Below are positions 1 to 9,718 of a stretch of DNA of 64,000 nt, one piece after another. The notes under the pieces were generated by a model, which saw only the letters and a program-made list of their open reading frames with translations, was not told the origin of the DNA and ran no database searches. Both the position numbers and the translations under genes were made by a program. The stretch covers positions 24,883 to 88,882 of the forward strand of contig MCFE01000350.1 of the NCBI GenBank assembly GCA_002104905.1. The letters are read 5' to 3'. Position 1 is the stretch's first letter, and the number at the start of each line of letters is the position of its first letter. Source of the DNA: Basidiobolus meristosporus CBS 931.73 (lineage: Eukaryota > Fungi > Basidiobolomycota).

Positions 1-1061
1 TTCGGACAATTTCCAAGGATTTAGTGGAGGCTTAGATAAACGAGTCAAAATGTATTTAGCTGAACCATATATTTACTGTGAATACAACCATCCAGAGTTT
101 CTAAACGCTGTACTTTAGGTTCGACTTTACAACTTCGAAGGAAACAATCCTCGGCACACATGAAGATGCAGTGAAATGCACCGAATACACCACAGAGACT
201 AGTAGGATTTCTTCCCTAATGAATATCACTCGGAACCCAACCTAATTACTTCAACCAAATGTAGACATGTTGATCACTGGTAGTTGGGATAAAAGTGTGT
301 GTCTTTGGGACCCTAGAGTCCAGGAGGCACTGGTTGGCCGATACATGCAGCCCTCAAAGGTGTACTCTCTCGATATTACCCAAAACAAGCTGGTGGTAGC
401 TATGGCCGACCGTCACGTGTACATCTATGATATTCGTAACATGAAGGAGACCATGCAAACTCGCGAGAGCTCATTGAAGTACATGACCCGGACTGTACGC
501 TGCATGCCCAATGGAGAAGGTTTGTCCAACTCTGCAGAGAAATCCATGAGCACTTGTTAATCTTATGGTACTTAGGGTATGCTATTGGCTCAATTGAGGG
601 TCGCGTTGCGGTAGAATTCTTTGATCCATCGCCCGAGTCGCAATCACGCAAATACGCGTTCAAATGCCACCGTCAAGCTATTGAAGGCGTAGACTACGTT
701 TATCCGGTGAATGCCCTGGCCTTCCACCCCACGTATGTATACCTGGCCTTTCTATTCTTGGATTTTACCAACCTGTGCTTTCATCTCTAGCCATGGGACG
801 TTCGCCTCTGGAGGAGGTGATGGAGTGATCAACGTATGGGACGGATTCAACAAAAAGAGACTTCGCCAGTTCCCGAGATATCCTACCTCCATCTCCTCAC
901 TAGCGTTTAGCTGCGACGGCACCATGCTGGCGGTCGCTTCGTCCTATACCTATGAAGAAGGAGAGAAAGACCACGCCCCCGACTCGATCTTCATCAGAAC
1001 CATTGCCGACTCCGAGGTCAAGCCCAAGACACTTCCCAACCCTAGCCCCAACCCACAATAG
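1..1061 (+). CDS. BUB3: Mitotic checkpoint WD40 protein Bub3 (5' end outside window; at least 5 exons)
   Basis: Spliced exons read ...GGLDKRVK / [15 protein letters not shown] / [18 protein letters not shown] / [16 protein letters not shown]...KYAFKCHR...[10 protein letters not shown] / [35 protein letters not shown]...SYTYEEGE, the Bub3 signature. GT-AG introns at about 52-118, 202-264, 520-575 and 733-790. Stop TAG at 1059-1061. Confidence 0.93.
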
Positions 1062-1259
1062 ACTTGACGACATGGTTCTATGTGCACTTTATGATAGAAA
1101 TTCGAAAAATCCAACCAATAAATCCACCTAACGCACTACCTACTATAGCCCTTGTTTCGTGGACACTGAGATGGTTAACACATAAAGTAATTGTATTAGG
1201 TGGAGTGAAGACGGATGGACAGATAGATAGACTCGGCCCGTACGCTTTGTTATGTTGTC

Positions 1260-1793
1260 TCAATCGTTCAGCGGGACCATATTCAAGGGCATGATTTTCA
1301 CATCTTCCCAGACCCGACCAACAAGGTACGGATCTTGACTGATCAGCTCCTTGACTTTTTGAATACTGTCAGCCTCGTAAATATGATAGGAGCCAAGCAT
1401 CTTCCCATAATCGCTATCGTCCGATTTAAGCGCCCCTGCTGCTAGCATAAGCTTGTCCTTATAAAGTGTACGGCATCGACTAAGGTGACTATCGCGAGTG
1501 GCCAAACGACGTGAAATGGCCTCTTCGTCGATGAAATCTTTAGCTATCACTAGGTACTGCTTTCGAGCTGTAATGGAGGCTCGATTAATTTCAACACCGC
1601 TAGCTACCAACTGAAACTCAACTGACCTTCGAGAGAGGTAGTGAAGAAACGGGCTACGTGTTCATGAGATGGAAAGACGAATACTTTAGTATCTAGTTGA
1701 CGACTAAGCACGCTCGGAATAAATGGGCTCAGTTGTTGTACCTGAGGATAGTTTTCGACTACTGATAAGTTTACAACGGTTCAGAAGGGACAT
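1260..1793 (-). CDS. YCII-related domain protein, likely mitochondrial (3 exons)
   Basis: Last exon KQYLVIAKD....RRLATRDSHL...LMLAAGAL...KMLGSYHIYEADSIQKVKELISQDPY...VWE fits the YCII family. Putative introns 1568-1626 and 1693-1741 join in frame to an ATG at 1793, giving an Arg/Ser-rich N-terminus (MSLLNRCKLISSRKLSS). The start is less certain than the domain. Confidence 0.72.
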
Positions 1794-2170
1794 CAAGAAA
1801 CGGGACCTTCAAAAAATTAAAGCAAAAGCAGCTCAAGTCCGCCAGCACTGTTAAGTAACAATCGATACACTTGGGTGTGGGAGGTTGGCAAAATCACCGA
1901 TATTTAAGTTTGATGAGTTGGTTTGTAGATGGCCTCTTGACCAATGGCTGTTTCATGTAATAGTCACGACGGTGATCAGCACAACTGATTATATGCATCT
2001 ATCGATTGTGGAATAGGGAAATCCGCCATACTTCCTAGTCAAAGTATTCCATAATGCTTGCCTGTGGGCGCGTTGTTTTGAATTGGTTGAATCGTCAACA
2101 ATTGATCGTTCGAATTGGATTGAAATCCTCTTCAACGCATCCAATGCTTGAACCCTCAGTATTCATAACC

Positions 2171-3884
2171 ATGGTGAATGTTGAATGGAGTTCGCAGGAT
2201 GTCGAGCAAGCCAGAAGGAGCATTCTGAATCGCATCACTGAAAGGATACCGCCGAAAGAGCTGGTTGGACTTGAAGAGCAAGAAGCGTGAGTTCTCCTCG
2301 TTAGTGTACGTTTCATGTAACGCCTGCTCATTCAATTGATTTCAGTAAAATCTATGATCTGTTGGAGCGAACGGTCTCCCAAGGTGAGAGTAACTCAGCC
2401 TTGTTGATAGGGCAGCGAGGAAGTGGCAAGAGCATGGTATGGACAGGAGTGTGGAGTGCATACGAAGCACCGGCTGATTGATTTTCACTTAGCTCGTAAA
2501 CCGAGTTCTCCAGAATTTGACTCAGAAATATCACGTTGACAACAAAAAAGATTTCTACCAAGTTCACTTGAACGGGCTTGTGCAAACGGACGATAGAATT
2601 GCCTTGAAAGAGATTATTCGTCAGTTATCTTTGGAGGAGGAATTCGACTCAACTTTGGTAAGTAGGGGCTTTCAACCTGTTGAGAAGGCCTTGATATACT
2701 TAATCCATCGTCTCGATCATAGAGCTCTTCTTTTGCTGAAACTTTGGCTTTCCTACTGAATCTCTTGAAACAAGGCTCGAAAGATAACGTGTCCATTGTC
2801 TTTATCCTCGACGAATTCGACCTGTTTGCCCAGCATCCAAAGCAAACCTTGCTTTACAACCTGTTCGACGTTGCCCAAAGCAGTCAAAATCCAGTCGCAG
2901 TTCTCGGACTTACTTGTCGCTTGGTAAATAGGGGATTTCGGTGACGAGAATTTCACCCTGGATCTGTTACTAACAACAGTAATGCAGGATTCGCTCGAGC
3001 TATTGGAAAAGAGAGTCAAGTCCAGATTCTCGCATAGACAAGTTCTCCTTTTCCCGCCTGACACGTTCCGCGAATTCATGACTGCTATACGCAATGCATT
3101 AGAATTGGAAGAGGAAGTGACCAATGAAGTCTATAGGGAGAAGTTTAACGAATCTCTCGACGTAAGATAGCCCAACCATGGCTCTACTTTGTCCGGCGAT
3201 ACTAACAACGGTCTCTTAGGTTGTTCTCGCTGACCCCAACATCAGCAAATCCTTCCGAAGGATTTTCGATCTTACCAAAGACATTCGAGCAGTCTTTAGA
3301 ATATGCGTAAGCTTATAGGCACTATAGAATTTCTACCAGGACCCTCTGTTTAACCTGAAGACGCTAGGTTGGTGCCGTAAGCTCACTCTCCTTGAGCCAG
3401 CCATTTCTTGACCTGGGTGAACTGTATGAGGCCGCACTTCAACAACGTGCGGACTCCAAAACCGAGCTTCTCAAAGGTAACCATTTTTTGCAACCATTGA
3501 CTCCAGTCACCACCTAACCCGAACCCAACAGGACTTTCTCTCCTGGAACTCTGTCTGATTATCGCCATCAAGCAACTCCTTGAGCTCGAATTGTACACCT
3601 TCAATTTTGAGATGGCTTACAACGAATACAAGGAATTCATGAATCTAGCTCTAGCGCAGGGCGGTGGCGGCATGAAGCTTTATAAGAAAGCGGTAGCGAT
3701 GAAAGCATTTGAAAATTTGATTTCAATTGAATTGATTCAGCCAGTGGAGAATTACGGGAAGTCCCCGAAAGAGTATCGAATGATGAAGGTCATGCTGGAG
3801 CCTCTTCAGATTGCTGATGCTGTACTCAAGTATCGGGATTGCCCAACATTGGTTAGAAAATGGGGTACGAAATGGCTGGAGTAG
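2171..3884 (+). CDS. ORC4: Origin recognition complex subunit 4 (multi-exon AAA+ ATPase)
   Basis: Walker A in [17 protein letters not shown], Walker B in [23 protein letters not shown], and [17 protein letters not shown]-terminal winged helix [10 protein letters not shown]...[11 protein letters not shown]. Several short GT-AG introns. Confidence 0.93.
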
Positions 3885-4085
3885 GACGTGTATCATATAG
3901 TTGTGTAATAAATATCAATAGGCACTTGGTTTTTTGGGTAAAACTGACTGGTCTTCATCATCATGTGCGAGAATGCTGCCTTTATCTGATGGTGTTGGTG
4001 GGTTCGGGAATTAGCAATTTTGAGATCTGCTGATGTTTTGCTGCTCCTACTTATAATACCGTTGGACTGATTTAACTTGGTGTTT

Positions 4086-4161
4086 CTAAATCTGATAATT
4101 CCTCAATGTTATCAGATTTAGTCATCTCTGATTCGTAATCAGACATGAATATTATCAGATT
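4086..4161. promoter_or_regulatory. Cluster of three exact AATCTGATAA sites (RATCWGATAA, SreA/Sre1-type GATA repressor consensus)
   Basis: AATCTGATAA at 4089-4098 (+), 4109-4118 (-) and 4152-4161 (-). The first two form a 13-bp inverted repeat with a 10-nt spacer. The cluster lies about 550 bp upstream of the LRR gene ATG. Confidence 0.7.
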
Positions 4162-4706
4162 AACCATAGCCAAGTTGCCCCAATCAGGGCAGAAACCCCA
4201 AAAATTAGGACTCGCAGCCCGTTCTCTGAATATAAACCCATCCTACAGTTGCTAAATTAGGATGATTCCTTCGTGTAGCATGAAACACATCAAAGGCTGC
4301 ATCAAGCCCATCCAATGGGAGGTTCACGAGCATCGCTTAATTAGCAGGGAGATGGGAATATTATTTTAATGTTGACTTCAAATTTGGTAAGATAAAAGTT
4401 TTGGTACTTATTGGGAAGAAATAGCCGACGTTAATAAGTGCTTCAGGTGCTTTCTGCGTTTCTTTTGTCTTTCACAAGTAGTCTTCTATTAGTAAAGCGT
4501 ACCTGGTCCTCAGCTGTTAATATATGTATCTACCCGAGCACTAGCATTGTACGTTATCGGAAACTTCGAAGAATCGAGTAGATCTGCCGTAGCATAGGCA
4601 GAGAAATTACTTTTCGTCACTACCCACCACGCACTGAGCCTTTCCAGTTTTGGGACCACTGTTGTCGACGTTTCTATTCAGTACTTCCCCTAATAATATA
4701 TCCCTT

Positions 4707-6551
4707 ATGCATTTGAAACCCTCTGATAAATCGAATGAGAGCTCTCTTGCTGGTCGGAGACCTGTAAAGCCAGCACTCCTAACAAACCCATCCAACACAC
4801 AAAGTGGGCAATTTCCCGAGACCATCAATTGTTCTTGGAACAAAGAAAGCGCCGACCTTCCCGACATCGAGGCCTGCAATGTTGTGTGGGATTCTAAGAA
4901 CCAGCATTCAACACAGTTAGTCAATACTTGTCAGGGAGTGATACATGCAAAGTCGACACAGAACAGTCCACTGTTTGTGTGCGGGGATAACGCAAAGCAA
5001 CACAGCGCTACTTCAACTCAAGCTGCCGAGCAAAACGCCAAAACATCGATTTGTTTGCGCCGAAGACGACTGTCCAACGCCTCTATGGAGCACCACATCC
5101 GTGACCGTTTATTAGCGGAAGCGATGTCTAAGACATCCACACCGATTCACGATTGTGACTATTGGATTGATCGAAGCACGTCATTTATCCACCTGGCGGA
5201 GGTGGATCTATCTCGCAACCGACTAACTCAGTTGCCAGAATGTATTATTAATATTGCAAGTCGGGTGAAGATTTTGAATTTAAGCCATAACAGGCTCACC
5301 ACTTTCCCCAAGCAGTTAAGCCGCTTCTCTAACTTGGAGGTGCTGGATTTGTCACACAACATGATTTCCGGTGAGCTGCCAGAAGAGCTTCCGAGTGCTC
5401 TTACCAGTCTGAGGGTCTTGAGATTGTCCGGTAACCAGATCACCAGACTTCCCGAAACCTTGGGTGAAAGCATTCGCTTGGAAACGTTAGTGTTGGGCTC
5501 GATCTTTGGTGGTAATTTGTTGCAATCCTTCCCTGAAAAATGCATCTCCCGACTCGTAAATCTGAAAGAGCTTGACTTGACTCAAAACCAACTGGCTAGC
5601 CTTCCATCAGACATTGGCCATCCCAAATCGCGATTAGAGAGGCTAGCAGTGGGGGAGAACCGACTCCTTTCACTTCCGTGCTCCATTGGATTGTGTCGGT
5701 CACTTCGTTCACTTGACCTCTCAAGGAATCGTCTTCTGGATCTGCCCATCGAGATTACTGATCTTAGTGGCTTAGAGACATTGGACCTGACCGAAAATAA
5801 GCTTTGCGTTATCCCAGGGGACATTGCCTTGTTTATGAGTAGAACCACAGTGCTACTAAGCGGAAATCCTTTCACAAACGGAGCCCGTAGACATGATCCC
5901 ACTCACGAGGCTGGCGAGTCCACTAGCCAAACCAACCTTTCATTGATGCAGCAGCTCCAATCAACTTCTTCAACAGCCCATTGCATCCGACCTAATTCAA
6001 CCACCTCCCCGCATTCTGGACAGCCATCCGACCACCACACATCTGCATTTCATTCCCACGCCTTGCCCTCATCACATACCAAATCTCCGACAAAACCGCC
6101 AGATCTCTTGCCCTCACTACGTGAATTCGCAGCACGCAAAGTATTGAAATACTCCATCCCCATCCCACCATATCGCATCCCAACCAGTCTGCTGAGATAC
6201 CTTGAGCGCGGTGCACGACCATGTTGCAACTGCCTGGATCCATATGTCCGCGAATGGATCAGCTGTGTAGAGGTCAAAAATTATCTTGGTCATCCGAAAG
6301 TCCCCAGAAGCATACGCTTTTGCTCCACGACGTGTATGGTCCAAACAAACTGTGCTACCAACAAAACCGCCCTACCAAGCGGCAGCTCCATGGAGTTCGC
6401 CCTCACCAGGCTCCCAAACCAACCGACAAAGGCTTCGATCAAGCCGTTCTCCTCCCTCCTGACACAAAGATCCAATCAACCCTCCATCAAATCAAAAAAA
6501 CCCTCCTCCCAACGCCATGCTAAACGCACCGTCGTGACCACCGATTGGTAG
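4707..6551 (+). CDS. Leucine-rich-repeat protein with C-terminal BC-box and Cys-rich tail, LRRC58-like
   Basis: Intronless ORF (first ATG 4707) with about 10 LxxLxLxxN repeats ending in LLSGNPF. The tail LPSLREFAARKV...PY.IP..LLRYL...C..C...Y...G...P....CS..C aligns by eye with the animal LRRC58 C-terminus as I recall it. Confidence 0.75.
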   Translation: MHLKPSDKSNESSLAGRRPVKPALLTNPSNTQSGQFPETINCSWNKESADLPDIEACNVVWDSKNQHSTQLVNTCQGVIHAKSTQNSPLFVCGDNAKQHSATSTQAAEQNAKTSICLRRRRLSNASMEHHIRDRLLAEAMSKTSTPIHDCDYWIDRSTSFIHLAEVDLSRNRLTQLPECIINIASRVKILNLSHNRLTTFPKQLSRFSNLEVLDLSHNMISGELPEELPSALTSLRVLRLSGNQITRLPETLGESIRLETLVLGSIFGGNLLQSFPEKCISRLVNLKELDLTQNQLASLPSDIGHPKSRLERLAVGENRLLSLPCSIGLCRSLRSLDLSRNRLLDLPIEITDLSGLETLDLTENKLCVIPGDIALFMSRTTVLLSGNPFTNGARRHDPTHEAGESTSQTNLSLMQQLQSTSSTAHCIRPNSTTSPHSGQPSDHHTSAFHSHALPSSHTKSPTKPPDLLPSLREFAARKVLKYSIPIPPYRIPTSLLRYLERGARPCCNCLDPYVREWISCVEVKNYLGHPKVPRSIRFCSTTCMVQTNCATNKTALPSGSSMEFALTRLPNQPTKASIKPFSSLLTQRSNQPSIKSKKPSSQRHAKRTVVTTDW

Positions 6552-6687
6552 CATCTCGTGTATCTATAGATTGATTCCCCTAGCATACAAGACATAAACT
6601 ATTTAATGCTGTGCTTTATGTGATAACATCCATGTGTGCAGTAAAGGTTGATGCATGTCTAACAAAATCATGAAAATGACGGGATGA

Positions 6688-7651
6688 CTAGTCGGTTTTA
6701 CGGTTGTTAGAGACCTCTTTAAGGGCATCCAACATCAGGTCACGGGTGTGTTCCATCAGCTCGCCTACTGTTTCAGGGGAATACTTCTTGGTGGAGATGG
6801 CGGGAAGAACTGGTGCAAAAGATTAGAAATCGCGGAAACGCTTTTCTATGATCGTACGAGTGGTACCTTTGATCTTGACTACTCCACCAGGCCATTGCTT
6901 GGCTTGACTATTGTAGACGTGACTGTAGTTGGAGATGACAATGGGAATGATGGGGTAGTTGGCCTGCAAAGCTAGATGGAAGGCCCCCTTCTTGAATGGC
7001 AAGAGGTCCGGTTTCTTGAAGTGGCTGCGGGTGCCCTCGGGATAAATCCATAAGCTGAGCTTGTTGTCCTTGATGAATTCCACTGCGTTCTTGGTGGTCC
7101 GTAGAGCACTCGCATGATTTTTGCGGTCGATAAAAACTGCGGCCGCTAGTCTCACTACGTGGGGAAAGTAATAGTTAGGTATACCGTTGACTGACGTAGA
7201 ACAAGGGCCAAGGGGCTTAGAGATACTTACTGAACATTCCCAAGAACGGAACATATTTGAGTGACTGCTTCGACATAACTACGCAATCCTTAGGGAAAAT
7301 ACGTCCCATTATTAAAACGTCAAGAGAAGTTTGGTGATTGCACAACACAATGCCAGGTGTGCTCTTCAGGTTCTCCTCTCCTTCCAGCTCAAATTTGATG
7401 CCAACACTTGGGGCAGCGCAGTAGGCAAACCCTCTTGCTACGAGCCAATTGGTCATGGCGCGTCTTCCAATAGCAGCGCAAAAGAAGGAGGCAAAGCACC
7501 CATAGGTGCTGATGACCATCAACCAAGTAATGGCGATTACTGCTTTAACATAGAACGTAAAAGCTCGGTAAAGAACTAAGAAAACCAGTAGTGTGACTCC
7601 CAATTGAAGGTAAAGAGTATTATGGTTAGCAACCGGTGCTTCTTCACTCAT
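6688..7651 (-). CDS. SLC1: 1-acyl-sn-glycerol-3-phosphate acyltransferase (3 exons)
   Basis: PlsC motifs NHQTSLD, FIDRKN, IYPEGTRS and LPFKKGAFHLA. N-terminal transmembrane segments. Two GT-AG introns. Stop TAG at 6688-6690. Confidence 0.9.
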
Positions 7652-8674
7652 CTTGAACTGTGAGGGAGGGGGTGAAAGTGGGTTAAGCAAACCAAGAGGT
7701 TACTAGGTAGTGGGAGTACGATGTTCTCTTAATATATTATCTTGAGCCAAGGAACCAGGACCACAATGTGCCGTACTTATCCAAGCGCCGTAAATATCCA
7801 GAAATGGCGAAGATATTAAAAGCTGGACATTTTTATCCAATGAAGTCACTCAATTTGACTTCGTGCGAAACATCTCCAAAGTAAAGCATCGATTTATCTC
7901 GGGATCCAGTGTGCATTTCCAGACCAAATTTACCCAACGCCGACTTTCCAACCCTCTACTGGTAAAGATTGAGCGATGTGGTGCTTCACATGGATTTGGC
8001 TCGGTCGCGAAGAGATATCCATCGCAAATATCCAGAAATGATTGTCCGGTGCTGGCTGAAGCCAGTCGACGAACTAGCTTTCTACCTGTTACATACAACT
8101 CCGACTTGACCAAGTCGTTGCGTAAGTAAAACCCACCCCACGACTTGGTATAAATGGTATTCCTCATATTTCAATTGTCTTTTAACAATTACCATTATTG
8201 ACCAATCACGTTTCTCGAATGGGAACATTTTTTCCGATTGTGATTCAGAAGTGGGATATTGGCTGATATCCTTGAAGCACCTCATGAGAACCGGCATGAT
8301 TCCGACGGTGCCCAAGTAGGGCTTCGTTCATAGAGACGCATCGTTGAGGATGAGCCCAAGTGACACCTACTTCCCGTGCCCTGACAGGAGTGAAGGTTGA
8401 CACAACCTTGCGCAACTTTCTGTTGGCCAATGTCGAGTCACGCGTAATGGTTGTCTGATATTTTTGGGCTTTTGAAGGATCACGTTGATTCGTGGAGTCT
8501 ATTCAATTTTGAAGAATGCCATGAGACCAGGAACGTGTTGGTGCCCTGTATATCCTACAAACGTTATATTTGGACATGATGATGAGGCAGGCCAATCTAA
8601 ATATGGATGTGATTCGGGATGGTTTACCCATCAGCAAGATCCACCATATATAACCCAGCATTCAGAGAGGTGAA

Positions 8675-9718
8675 ATGCCAACTCGATTCCGAAACATGTT
8701 AAGACACTTGGCAGCCAGAGCTTTGAAAACCCCTTTCCATGGCGACTACACCAGCGTACGCCAAATGGCAACGACTAACTGTCACTCCCCGATCATTGTA
8801 CCATTCTTTCATAAGCCATCTTCCACATTCACATACATCATTGTCGATGAGAAAACCTCAGAAAGCGCCATCCTTGATCCCTGTGTGGACTACGACCTCA
8901 TTTCAGGGCGTATCTCCTCGAAACCTCTCGATGAAATCATCGACTTCGTTAAATCCGAGAAATTAAATGTGAAATGGTTGCTTGACACCCACGTTCATGC
9001 CGATCATCTCTCAGGTAAGTCAGAGTCACCTTTCCCCCACAGCTGAGCGACCATCTCATCTACGTCCAACCAACTAGGCTTGGAGCACCTGAAGAAAAAC
9101 CTCCCGAATTCCCAAACCGCCATAGGAGAGAATGTGAAGATGGTTCAAAAGCGAGTGAACAAATTTTTCAACCCCGTGCGGCTGGATCATGATGGCTCCC
9201 AATTTGATTTCCTCTTGGCCGATGGTCAGAAGATTCAAATCGGTGACATCGCCATCAAGGCCATCCACACCCCTGGTCACACGCCAGACTCCATTTCCTA
9301 TCTCGTCAATGATTGTCTGTTTGTTGGTGACACGATTTTCATGCCTGATGTAGGCACCGCCAGATGTGATTTCCCAGGTGGCTCGGCGGAGCAGCTCTAC
9401 CGAACCATCATGGACAAATTCTACACTCTGCCCGACACCACCAAGATGTTCATGTGCCATGACTATCCACCTGAATACCGTGGCAAGGAACCCCCACGGT
9501 ACTTGTCAACTGTCGCTGAGGAAATGGAGAAAAACATCCACATCAAAAAGGACACCACCATGGAGGAGTTCGTGAAGTTCCGCAACGCCCGGGATGATGC
9601 CTTGGACCTCCCGAAACTTCTACTTCCTAGCTTGCAGATCAATGCCATCGCTGGAAAGCTCCCCGAACCGGAGGTGGATGGGAAGAGCTACATCAAGTTC
9701 CCCATCAACTTTTTTTAA
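8675..9718 (+). CDS. MBL-fold persulfide (sulfur) dioxygenase, SdoA/Blh (type II)-like, with probable mitochondrial presequence
   Basis: DTHVHADHLSG metal motif, HTPGHT, GDTIFMPDVGTARCDFPGGSA, CHDY and a C-terminal LPKLLLPSLQIN...LPEPE..GKSYIKFPIN. One intron at 9015-9077. Arg-rich, acid-poor N-terminus. Confidence 0.85.

Noticed and set aside
7850-8673. Short ORFs between the acyltransferase and dioxygenase genes
   Set aside because: They overlap on both strands with no recognisable motif. The region is best explained as a divergent promoter.
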